A stretch of DNA of 63,764 nucleotides, counting the filler, from Hyphochytrium catenoides (taxonomy: Eukaryota; Protista; Hyphochytriomycota): NCBI GenBank assembly GCA_900088475.1. It is 6 parts of 6 records of this genome, joined end to end, with 100 filler letters (N's around TTAATTAATTAA, not from the genome) between each part and the next. Parts side by side here need not be neighbours in the genome. Positions count along the whole stretch, not along the records: positions 28,087 to 38,519 come from FLMG01002358.1; positions 38,620 to 43,679 come from FLMG01000996.1; positions 43,780 to 48,011 come from FLMG01002617.1; positions 48,112 to 59,609 come from FLMG01002808.1; 2 more parts are not named here. One strand, 5' to 3'. Position numbers and translations under genes: made by a program. Of this stretch, positions 38,062 to 49,569 are shown piece after piece; the first letter of the stretch is position 1; each line of letters opens with the position of its first letter. The notes under the pieces were generated by a model, which saw only the letters and a program-made list of their open reading frames with translations, was not told the origin of the DNA and did no database searches.

Positions 38062-39111
38062 GGAAAGAGGAGGAGCGCGCCCTGGCAGAGTGAACAGCAG
38101 GACGAGTGCAGGCTTTTTGGAATTGCTTCCTTCTCTTAGAGTTCAGTGGTGGTACATTCAGAATAGATAGGGGATTTATCAAGGTTAATTGACTATTTGA
38201 GATTGCTTAGAGGGTAATGAAATGCCATATATCGGAGTGGTCGGTGTTTCTTTGTTATGAGAAGAGAAAGGGAGCTGCCTCTTCTTACTCCGCTAAACCT
38301 ACACGGCACAATAAATGCGTGGAATTTGGCGGGGTCATTATTCCTGAGAGTGGCCCTCAGTGTTCTGTGTCCGACCCTCTTGCAGCACTCTGTCCCCCCT
38401 GTTTGGGCTTGGAAGGTCTAACCTTCGTGCCCCCTCTCCTTACCATTATTACAGCATTAGACTGTCTTTCTTTCTCTCTCTCTCATCCTTTCTCCCTCAC
38501 TCTCTCTCTCTCTCTCTCTNNNNNNNNNNNNNNNNNNNNNNNNNNNNNNNNNNNNNNNNNNNNTTAATTAATTAANNNNNNNNNNNNNNNNNNNNNNNNN
38601 NNNNNNNNNNNNNNNNNNNTATGGAATCGTGCACTCGTGCAGTTCACGACTTTAATCAGGCCTGTAGATAGAACTATGTTCTGTAAGAGGAAAGCAACGA
38701 GTGAAGCTTGCTTCCTTTATTTCCTTTAATTAACCTCAAGCCTCGTCCCAAGCAAGAACCAAGCTTTTCTTCCTTTTGAAAATCTTCACTTCAACACTCC
38801 CCTAAGGCCTTACATTATTAATGGCTCTGCCAGTTGATAAAGAACCCAAACATCACATCAAAGCTAAACTGTAGTAAGGCCTTAGTTCATAGGAAAGAAG
38901 GGCTTACAGTTCTATCTCCATATCTCAAGCTTTTGTGACTTATGAAGAAGAACACCAAAAAAATAGCTGTTTCAGCATCAGTTCATTGACAAATCTTCCA
39001 ATGCACGTCTCCAAGCAATAGCACTAAAGAAAGCGATGGTCAGCACCTTAACTTGCTACCTCAGCGTTTCCTACGTCGGAGGTCAACCATTTGTATTCTG
39101 AGGATAAGTAT

Positions 39112-39339
39112 GAAGATGCACTGGCGTTACTGGAGGACCTTAAGGACGATTCTCCAGGAGAAGGTTCTCTCCGTACCTAGTTCTAGTTGAGAAAGAATGG
39201 TCCGGCACCGCCAAAGCTTAAGCTGAAAGGATCTCCCAGTAAGGGACCGTCCAATTCCTTAGAAATCCATCAGGCTACTACTATGCTGCTGGCGCTCTCT
39301 AAAGCAGTACGCTACGCTCAGCTAGAGCATTGGTCTTCG
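39112..39339 (+). repeat. Left copy of a ~230-bp imperfect inverted repeat
   Basis: Aligns by eye with the reverse complement of 41374-41595 (e.g. ctctccgtacctagttctag, gccaaagcttaagctg, tccaattccttagaaatccatcaggcta, ctacgctcagctagagcattgg). Confidence 0.9.
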
Positions 39340-39552
39340 TCGGCAGTAGCGCTGTTATCCAGACACGTACTGTAGCATACAAAATCTTTGAGTATACAAA
39401 CATACAAACTTCGTCCTTCTGATAATCTTTTATAATTAGTCGTTGGTAGTGATTGTTTCTAGTTATAGTAACAACCGTTTGTCGAATGATGGGGCCCCAT
39501 CACCAACAATCACTACGAACATTAACACTGAGGCTCATTGGCGTCCATAATT

Positions 39553-40170
39553 CTACTTAGGACAGCCGCCTTTGGTTTCTTTTGATGCATCGTAGGCACT
39601 CTTTGCATGAACTGCTTCATCGTCACAGTCGTTGAAGGCTGGAAAAGGTCTGTCACTGCGAACATAGGACTGACAGACGTCGTGGACCAGTATGCTGGCG
39701 TAGCGCTCCCCGTCCTTTCCCTTCAGGCAGTTGCGCCCACATAGGCCGAGGCAGAGGGTGGGAAAACCCACACCGGAAGAAGTAGATTTAAGGGTCATGA
39801 AAGTCACATCACCATCCACCGCCGCTTGGTCAAAGCACGTACATGTGCACTCCCTCTTTAACCCACCACAGACCAATGCTCTGCGGGGGGAGTAAACTGC
39901 CATTCCCATTCCACCAGGCTTCAAAATCACCAAATCTTTTCCATCCTTAGCCCCCTTTTTCTTTCCGTGTCGGCACTGGTTGAAGACGACTGTGTTGTCC
40001 TTCATATCAGACTGTCCCGTCCCGCAGTTGCACTCAAATGAGTGGCCCGAAGGGACGTTTTGGCAACCAGTTCCCACTCCAAGTCGACGACGACTGCTGC
40101 CTACAAGGTTGGCGTCAGTGGCGGAGATGAGGAGTCCAGCCAGGAGACTCAGGAATAGGGCAGTCTTCAT
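39553..40170 (-). CDS. Secreted cysteine-rich protein (205 aa, intronless) with phospholipase A2-like HD motif
   Basis: Signal peptide MKTALFLSLLAGLLISATDA, RRRL pro-motif, many Cys, and C-terminal CLGLCGRNC...ILVHDVC...NDCDDE. Confidence 0.7.
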   Translation of the reverse strand: MKTALFLSLLAGLLISATDANLVGSSRRRLGVGTGCQNVPSGHSFECNCGTGQSDMKDNTVVFNQCRHGKKKGAKDGKDLVILKPGGMGMAVYSPRRALVCGGLKRECTCTCFDQAAVDGDVTFMTLKSTSSGVGFPTLCLGLCGRNCLKGKDGERYASILVHDVCQSYVRSDRPFPAFNDCDDEAVHAKSAYDASKETKGGCPK

Positions 40171-41373
40171 CCGATTCTGGTTCTTGTTTGTTGCAGCACG
40201 ATGGTGCAACAACACACTGTAGGGCTCACTGAAGTCTGCTTGTTAACAAGTTGAAGCTCCAACACCTTGTTGAGTGAATTGGTTGCACTAGTAGATTCAA
40301 GTCGTGGGCTTGTGAGCTCTTGCTGTTATGGTAGGCTGCTGGCTCTGCTGTGGAAGGATATTTGATAAATGAACCCGGACTGAGACTCCATAAAAAGTCA
40401 ACATTTGACCAACGAGATCTTTGCCGCCCAGCTTACTGAGCTGCGAGAAAAGAATTTAGAAGGCTCTTCCTACTACAAGCTCCTAACAGTGCATTGCGGG
40501 GAAGCTTAATTGCTACTACAAGTAACCCCTACATGCGGGCAGGACGGCCCTATGACTTATTACCAGTCCAAATGGAACTTTAAATAAAAACGTCTGGGTT
40601 GGAACGGGTCGAAGGAGTTTTCATTAGCAGGAAGGTCCTAGCAGCAAGCAACCAGTACTAGCTCTCTGACCGTTTTGGAGAACAACAAGAGACGAGAGGG
40701 TTGGTCAGGCAAGGACGACTCTGGGAAATTGCTGAAGAAGATGGATGGAAAGAAAGAAGGTTGGCGAGAACATAAGGGAGGAGGGCGATGTAAAAGAGTC
40801 TCTCATGATATCCTCATTATTATATATAAGGAAGCAGGAACCTTGCGACTGACCTTGCTGAATACACTATTTTGTAAACTAGTAACCTGAATGCTCGTGA
40901 CGTTATCTCATGACCACATGACTCAAGGAGGCTGCTGCTGCACAACAACTTATTACTTAGAAGTAGCAAACAACAAGAGCCGCCTCCTAGTGATTGATGC
41001 TGCTGGTAGTAGACTGTGGACTGCCATTGTTGGTTTCATTCAGTTTTAGTAGAAAACCTTTGCCTTACCGCTTTTAACACAGTAGGGGATGTTTCCATTT
41101 ATTGCAAGAGATGGGAACCACAATCGAAAACCTACAGCGTACAATATTGGGTGAGAAGTGCGAGGATCTATGTGAAGGATCAAGTCCATCAGAGCATGGA
41201 GATAAGCTAGGGCATTCAAAATTGTAAGTGGGTTTATTAGTCCTTTAGACAAGAGAAGAAGAGTTGTTAATGCTGACGACCTCGCCGTTGTTCCTTCTTC
41301 TCCTTCCGTTCCACCCCTTCCTTCTTCTCCCACTCCTCCTCCCTCCATCGCTCCTACCTTCTTCCGTCGCTGT

Positions 41374-41595
41374 CGAAGTCCAATGCTCTAGCTGAGCGTA
41401 GCATACTGCTTTAGAGAGCGCCAGCATTAGCCTGATGGATTTCTAAGGAATTGGACAGTCCCTTGCTGGGAGATCCTTTCAGCAGCTTAAGCTTTGGCGG
41501 TGCTGGACCATTCTCTAGAACTAGGTACGGAGAGAAACCTTCTCCTGGACGAATAACCCTAACCCTAACCCTCCAGTAACGCAAGTGCATTCTTC
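41374..41595 (-). repeat. Right copy of the ~230-bp inverted repeat, containing (TAACCC)3 at 41554-41571
   Basis: Reverse complement of 39112-39339, with small indels and a telomere-like replacement. Confidence 0.9.
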
Positions 41596-42377
41596 CTCTC
41601 TTCCTCCTCCTTTTTCTCCCCTCGTCATCATTGAGTTTCCATCGACCTCGGTTCCCCTTCTCCCTCTTCTTCTTTTGTTGCTGCTGTTATTGGTTATTGA
41701 TGATGATGATGCAGCTCCTCTTTGCCCCCTCTGGTTATTATTCCTTTCTCCTTTCTCTTCTGCCTTCATAGCTTAGCTCATTATTAGTCCTTGCCTTTTA
41801 GTCTCCTTATATAATCAGAAAATATCAGAAATCAGAAGTCCAAAGAAAAAAAAAGAACAATACTAATCTCTTGATAATAATGGCCAAATCAAAGTCAAAA
41901 AATAAAAGTAATACATAGTTGCATCTTTTCTTCTTCTTCAAACAGCAGTCGATCATACATTCCCTTATCAATCTCTTGATAGCCAAGGCCAAATCAAAGT
42001 CAAAATAAAAATAAAACGCGTACAGTTAGTAACACCCTAAAAATAAGTACTGTACACAAAAAAGAACTGCTGCACTCCTACCTGTAGCCGCACTCCTTTT
42101 CCTACACTTTTATGATAAGTTTCCTACGAGTTAGTTTCTCCAACTAGTAACTAAATGAAAGTACAGAACCTTGTACAAGGACCAGTATGATGTTTGAGGG
42201 GCGAGGGGGACATTTTTGTACTATAAGTTCAGAAGAATGAGTGAGCCCTGTGATTGGCTGACGCTTATCACCACATAACAGAATCGGAACCCCCCACTCA
42301 ACCCTGCGACGGATCGTTGGTGGTTGTACTTTATATCATCATTATTACTACTACTTGATGATGAAGAGCCGGTGATA

Positions 42378-43508
42378 CCTTGTCCATTGATGACCAGATC
42401 TTGCGCGTGTTCTCATTCCAACAACTACGCAATGGCAGCTATTTCAGGACCATTCGTTACGAAAAGAAGGCTTATTATAGTGCGATCCTCCAGAAGGTGA
42501 AGCGAGCCAAGAAGCTCACAATTATACGGTACCCGAAGGCTTTGATTCTTCTATCTAGTCCTAGGCTACGCGCATTACAAAGTGTCTGAAATCAAGGAGG
42601 CTCGTACATGCTTCGAGGAGATCCGCAAAGTGGGGCCTGACGCGCTTCTAGAGCTCAAGCAAGGTTTAGTTGGGACACTTTCAAGGGAGGTTGGGTCAAT
42701 ACCATAGCAACCACAGCAGTGATGACCTTTCCTCGTAAATACTCAACTCTCATCAGGACATAGCAACAGCGCTTGTATATTTTTATAAAAGGCAGAGAGC
42801 TTTCGTTAAACTATACTGTTGGACTCGGTATGAATTTTGGGGAGTTTGTCATCATGTTCTCCAAAAGGCAGAATGGCATAGGCTTCCTACGTCGAGATTT
42901 GTTACAGTACCTGGTACAAACTTCGAATGAGAACGCGACAGTTCGCTGTTCAAGTTATGTCAAAAAGAAATACGGGAGACCACGAAGGAAGAGGAGGGCT
43001 GGACATACGTGGCTAAAGCTCGATACTCTTATCTTTGGGGTCATTGGGAATTGTAAACACAACCATGAATTTGCTAAGCTTCACGCTACCTGGTATACAG
43101 CCGCAGCGGACACAATCTGCTCTCTTTGGCAATGAAATAGTTAGCCGTGACAACAGCTCAATCAATCTTTGGGATCTGCGCAGCAACAAGAGTAAGGTGA
43201 TTCATCTGGAATTTCCGTCGTCTTCTACAAGTAATAATAAGCGGAACACTTCCCGGCACACCATAGAAAGGTTTGACTTGACGCTACGGTTTGGCAGCAT
43301 TGCAACAGGACTCAATCAGAACACTGTCCTGGTCTACCGACTACGTGAATCTATCTCTACGTATATAGACTTGACAGAGGCATCACCGGAACCGAAACAC
43401 CTGACGCGCTGGACTTCAGAAGCGACCCTAGCCATGGCAACCGCCGGTGGAGATGTCATCGACTTTGTTACGTACAATCCAGGACCCGCTCTATCTTTCA
43501 ACCAATAA
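42378..43508 (+). pseudogene. Possible degenerate F-box / beta-propeller protein relic
   Basis: LSIDDQILRVFSFQQLR..FRTI resembles an F-box, and LFGNEIVSRDNSSINLWDLRS resembles a WD-like blade. The reading is broken over three frames without clear introns. Confidence 0.3.
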
Positions 43509-44447
43509 ATCTGTAGGCACATGCTAATATCAAACGTGCAAGTGACCCGGAGAGAATTATTGAACTCCTTATCGTTATGGTCTCTGATGTGAGAGTGCAA
43601 ATCTTTATCATTGAGAGTACGCATTCATAAGCGATGAGACCAATTCATAAATCGAAGTAGGTCAAACACATAGGAGATCNNNNNNNNNNNNNNNNNNNNN
43701 NNNNNNNNNNNNNNNNNNNNNNNTTAATTAATTAANNNNNNNNNNNNNNNNNNNNNNNNNNNNNNNNNNNNNNNNNNNNAGAGAGAGAGACAGAGAGAGA
43801 CAGAGAGAGCGAGAGAGCGAGAGAGAGATATGAAGGATGAAGAATCGATAAAGGGGAAGGCAGCAGGAGAGGAGACCACGACGGGAGTGAGAGAGAGACA
43901 GGCAGAGACAGACAAAGGGAGAGAAGAGAGAGAGTAAGAAATAGGAAAGAAAGAGAGACAAATAGAAATGATAAGGAGAAATAGCGGGAGAGGAGAAGCA
44001 AGAAGCAAAAAAGAGACGGTACGAGAAAGAGCGATAGAGGAACAACAGAAAGAATGAAAGACAGAGATGACCAATTTATAAGATTGGCGCGGAGGAGAGA
44101 GAGAGAGAGAGCGCGAAGAGAAAAAGGAAGGAGGAGAAGCGAGTGAGATCAGCAGCCGGCCAGCTGGATGGGAGAGACAAGAGAGAGAAAGAGCGAAAAA
44201 AAGAAGGAAAGAGAGAGAGAGAGAAGTAAACAACTAGAAGGGGAGCCAAGAACGAGAGAGACGAGGACTACAAGGACGAGACCTGTTGGGCCTTTGCGGT
44301 CTCTCTCTCTCCTGTTTCTTTTTCTCTCTCTCTCTTTCTTTCTTTTTGCCCCTGCTGCCCTCTCTTACCTTTCCCGGCATTGCTCTTATTCTCTTGTCCT
44401 CTTTCTCCCTTTCTCTCTCCTCCGTCTTTCTCTCCGTCTCTCTTGAC

Positions 44448-45262
44448 TGCAGGAGGCGGAGGCGGGTGCCCTCCCTCTCCCTCTGCAGCGCCACCTTCGA
44501 GGCCTTTAGTGCCCCAGGAGAGGTCGTGAAGGTTCGAGAAAGAGTAGACGCCCATGATGTTCACGAAAGAAGGAAGAAGGACAAAGTACTGGAGAGATAA
44601 AGAGAGAGAGAGAGAGAGTTAGAGAGAGAGAGTGGGAGAGAGAGAGGAGAGAGAGGGAGAGGAGAGAGAGAGAAATCTAAGGTGAGGAGACAGAATGACA
44701 AGACGGAGGCCCAGAATTAAGCACTACAGAGAGAGAGAGAAAGGAGACACTAAGAGAGAGAGAGAGCGAGAGNNNNNNNNNNNNNNNNNNNNNNNNNNNN
44801 NNNNNNNNNNNNNNNNNNNNNNNNNNNNNNNNNNNNNNNGAGATTCCGGACAAAGTGAGGGAGAGGGTGTAACGCTTTCACTGAGAGAAGTAAAGAGACC
44901 GTCGCGCAGAGAGAGGGAAAGAGAGAGGAAAAGGAAAAAGAAGATAAAAAAGGGAGAGAGGAGACTGAGAGCGATTACCTGGACAGCGGTAAGTAGGACA
45001 TGATGGAGCTCTCCGTGCAGTAGACCCGCGAGAAAGAAGATCCCAAACTGGAAGGAGAGAGCGAGAACGTGAGGAATGAAGGAGGGAGAGAGAGAAAAAG
45101 TGAGAGAAAGAGAGCGAGAGAGAACAACTTATAAATTCTCTTTCTTCTTCCGCCCCGTTCTTGCTCTCTGCTCCCCGTCCCCTCCCCATTCTTGCCATTT
45201 TGCTTCGAAAGCTGTCTGGACGATTTTCTCTCTCTCTCTCTCTCTCGTTCTCTCTCTCTTTC

Positions 45263-45293
<31 letters not shown>

Positions 45294-45461
45294 ACATGGC
45301 ACTTACCCCTGCCACGAAGGACCAGATCATCAGAGGAGTGAATATGTCCGTGCTGGCGATGAGAGCGAAGATGAGAGGAATGCAGATTCCCATCAGCAGA
45401 GCCCAGAAGCTAGAGGCAAACGAGAAGAGAGGGGATACAGCCTGAGGAGACAGAGACAGAC

Positions 45462-45525
<64 letters not shown>

Positions 45526-46140
45526 GAGGAAGAGAGGAGAGAGATGGATGCGCAGGGGGACGTGTGTTATTATGTTAGACCCAATTGAGTGGTGGGGAAA
45601 AGGAAAAACAGAGAGAAGAAAAAAGAGAGAGAGCCTTTGAAGGAGAGAGAGAAAGACATGTAGAAGAAGGGAAAGATTCTTTATTGCTTGCAGGAAGAGA
45701 TGGGAAAACGGTGGAAGGGAGAACAGAACAGGAACAGCTACAAAGAAGGAGTCCAGGAGGAGAGACGTACAAGAAGAGCTCAAGATGATGAGGGAGAGGG
45801 AAGAGATCGAAGGGAAGAGAGAGAGCTTCAAAATGCTAAGAGAGAGAAAGAGGAAAAGGACAGCGAGGACGATGAACAAGGAGATAGAAATAAAGAAAGG
45901 AAGTCAAGAGAGAAACGGACGTAAGAGGATACGACGGGAAAGCAGGAGGAGACCATAAAAAGAGCAAGAGGAGAGTGTGATTAACGACAGAAAGGGAGCA
46001 AGAGAGAGAGAGAGGAAAACGGGAGAGGGAGCGAGAGAGAGCGAGAGCGAGCGAGCGAGAGAGTGAGAGAGACAGAGAGACAGAGAGCGAGAGCGAGAGA
46101 AAGAGAGAGAGAAAGAGGGAGAGAGAGAGAGAAAAAAATA

Positions 46141-46196
<56 letters not shown>

Positions 46197-46472
46197 AAGA
46201 GAGAGAGAGTGAAGGGAAACTCACATCAATCCTGTTCCCTAGGGATACTACGACTAGCGCGACCACGAGCAAGATATAGATCGTGTTCGAGAGAGGGAGG
46301 AGGAAGCGAGAGACCACCAAGACAGAGTGACCCGCAACCTGAGACGCCGTCGTCTCATTCGTGAAGGCGACAACCACGACGAAGTAGTACTGCAGAGACA
46401 GAGAGGGAGAGAGAGAGAGAGAGAGAGCGAGAGAGCGAGAGAGCGAGAGAGCGAGAGAGAGAGACAGAGACA

Positions 46473-46523
<51 letters not shown>

Positions 46524-47804
46524 CGAGAGAGCGAGAGAGCGAGAGAGAGACAGAGACAGAGAGAGAGAGACAGAGAGAGGAGAGACGGAGAAAGAGAGAA
46601 CGAAGAGGGGGAGAGAGAGAAAAAAAGGAGAGAGTGGGAGAAGAAAGGAAAAGGAGCAGGAGTGAGCGAGGAAAAGAAAGAGGCAGAAAAGGAGAGGAAG
46701 AGGGAGCACGAAAGAGAGGGAGAGAGAGAGGAGAGAGAAAAGAGGAAAGAGCCAGAAGGGTCGAGGTATGAGAGAGAGAGTTAACTCAGGAAGAGGGGGT
46801 GAGAAAGTGGAGGGTACAGAGCCCGAGCATATTTCTCTTGCTTCGAAGAAGCCTCTCTCACGTTTTCTTTTGCCACAGTGTCCTCCCTCTCTCTCTGTCT
46901 CTCTCTCTCTCAGTCCCTCTCCCTCTCTCTCCCGTCCTCCTTCTCTCTCCCCGCTACGCTTTTTTTCCCTTTTTTCCACTCTCTTTCTCTCATACTCTCT
47001 CGCAACACCCTTCTCTCTCTCTCTCCTCTCTGTGCCTTGCCCCCTTTTCCACGTGCCTCTCTTTCTCTCTTTCTTTCCTTACCGTGAGGTAGAGGTTACT
47101 GATAAGGAACCAAGAGAGAAGAGTCGAGCAGCAAATGTAGAGAAACTGGAGAGAGAGAGAGAGCTTCCTTCCCCAGGAGTGTTTCGTCTCTTCCAGGACG
47201 CGACGGAAGTGCATCAAAACATAAAGCGCAGCGAAGAAAGAGCCGTTCAGCCACCGACGGCGTTGTTTTGTTAGAGATACGAGAGTCAGAGGGACGTCCG
47301 TGCGGGCCACCTTCGGAAACAGAGAGAGGGAGAGAGAGAGAGAGAGAGAGAAAGTCAATGTTAGTGGGAGACGCAAACAGGGAGAGCAAGAGAGAGAGAG
47401 ACGAAAGAAGAGAACGAAGGGAAAGATTTATACCTAGTTGACGGACGATTAACAAGAATATGGTTAGCGCTAACAAAAAATTTCCGAGCACCAGGAAGAG
47501 AGGACAAGAGAGAGAGAGAGAGAAAGAGCAAAGAAAAGAGAGAGGAAGGAGAGAGAGAGAGATAATGAAGAAGAAAAAGAGGGAACGTATGATAGAGGGA
47601 AAGAAAAGGCAACCAGATGGCTGCTTAAGAGAGAGGAGAGAGAACCAAGAATTAACCCCAGTCTCTCCTCTTTCTTTTCTCTCCCTCTCTCACCGCGTTC
47701 TTAACGTAATGCATAATCCAGTCCGAGTCTCTCTTTGCGATGAGCTCAAAGCAAAGGATTCGATCCTCTGCCAGGTACATGTTTCCTTGGAAAGGGCCCA
47801 TCTC
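44448..47804 (-). CDS. CHS: Chitin synthase (GT2, division-1/oomycete type), partial: six exons, both ends lost in gaps
   Basis: [21 protein letters not shown] (EDR), [19 protein letters not shown] (QRRRW), transmembrane helices, and [15 protein letters not shown] (WGTKG). Confidence 0.93.
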
Positions 47805-48111
47805 CTACACGGTAGGACGAGGGAAAGAGAGAGAGAGGGAGAGAAAGCAGAGATGGAGGTGGGAGAAGAAAAAGAGACGAGAGAGAAGGGCAAGAAATTT
47901 ACAGAGTGAGAGAGAAGAAAAGAAAGAAGAGGTTGTGAAGAGGAGCAAGAAAAGAGAGACGAAGCGGAAGAGTGAGAGAAGAAGCAAAGAAGCAAAAGAG
48001 GGAGACAAAAGNNNNNNNNNNNNNNNNNNNNNNNNNNNNNNNNNNNNNNNNNNNNTTAATTAATTAANNNNNNNNNNNNNNNNNNNNNNNNNNNNNNNNN
48101 NNNNNNNNNNN

Positions 48112-49569
48112 AGATCCTTGTTATAACGGTGGAAATAGGCGTTCCGAAGCTCGATAATCTCAGCGTTCGAGCGGCCCACCACCACCTAATATTAGCTATG
48201 AGTTAGGGATCTCATGTGCAAAGAAAGAGAATGCAGAACTGAGACAAAAATCAAGAAGAGAAGAAGAGAAGAAGCGGCGGGGGAGAGAAAAGGAAAAGGA
48301 GAATAAGCCTTGACGTAAGCGAGAAAGCGAACGTAAGGAACAAGGAGACGGAAGGAGGGAAAGAAAAGAGATAAAGAGCTGCTTGGTTAGGAAGAGGAAA
48401 GAAAGAAGAGAAGAGAAAAGACAGCGAAGAAAGACAACGAAGAGCAAGAAGAGGTGGGGAAAGAAGAAGAAGCTTTATGGAAAGCAAGCAAGTAGGAGTA
48501 AGAGTGGTGCAGTAGAGCTAGGGTAAGCCTTAGATGTGGCGCCGCCAGTCCCTTCACTCTTCCCTTCAGTCTCTCTCACTCTCTCTCTCTTTCTCTTTTC
48601 TCTCTCTCTTTCTATATCTTTAAACATTTCCCTACGTACCTGTATGATATCCTTCTCATTGGTGCCCATTCCCTTCATGGCATCGCGCAGGATCTCACAT
48701 TCAACTTCCACCAGTGGAGTGGCTGCCATACGCAGAAGCTTGCCAAAATCGCCTGAGCAGGTTAAAAAAGAGTGGAAGAAAGTGCAGAAGGGAGTGACAA
48801 GAAGGACTACTGTGAGGCGGGACGAAGGGTAGGAGTAGGAGTAGCGGAAGAGAGAGAGAGGGAGAAGAGGGAAGAGAAGACGAAAAGAGAGAGAGAGAGA
48901 GACAGAGAGAGAGAGACAGAAAGACGGACAGAGAGAGACAGAAAGACGCAGAGAGAAAGAGAAGACGGAGAGAAAGACAAAGACACACACACACACAGAG
49001 AGAGAGAGAGAGGGCGCTAGAGAAGGGGAGAGGCCAAAGAGAATGAGAGAGGGCCAAAGAGAAGGAGAGAGGGCCAGAGAGAGTGCAGACGGAAGAGGGG
49101 ATGGGACAATCTACCTGAGGTTTCACTCTTGATTTCATCCACCAGCGATTTGTTATATTTCTCTCTGTACCGGCGAGCAATAGCAGCCCTTCAAAGACAG
49201 AAGAGGGAGAGAGCGGGGCCCAAGTGAGAAAGGAAGGGAACGGGCAAGAGAAAATATAGTTAAAGAGAGAGGGGGAGAGAGAGAGAGAGAGAGAGAGACC
49301 CTACGTGTGATTCGTCCACCGGGCTTCCCCCATCCTTTTTCTCTCTCTGTCTCTCTTTCTCTCTCTTCTTTCCACCCATCTCTCTCTCCCTCACTCGCTC
49401 TTCCGCCCTCCTACCTCTCAAACGGATTCCGTCTCCCTAAAACGCTGATAAGTTCATCTTCATCCGTCCCGATTCCTCTGCAAGCGCGCTCTATAGCCGC
49501 ACAGGCAGCGTCCACCTCTGGAGAGACAGGCTGACTCCAATAAGCAGCGGTCGGAACACCAAGGATCAT
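48112..49569 (-). CDS. Annexin, partial (first ~1.5 repeats in 4 exons; rest lost in gap)
   Basis: MILGVP..EVDAACAAIERACRGIGTDEDELISVLG..|AAIARRYREKYNKSLVDEIKSETSG|DFGKLL..ILRDAMKGMGTNEKDIIQ|VVVGRSNAEIIELRNAYFHRYNKD; two endonexin GxGT motifs. Confidence 0.92.

Noticed and set aside
43724-49534. Many LSLS/RERE-rich ORFs in the ORF track (also 11388-16349)
   Set aside because: Translations of intronic GA/CT microsatellites.
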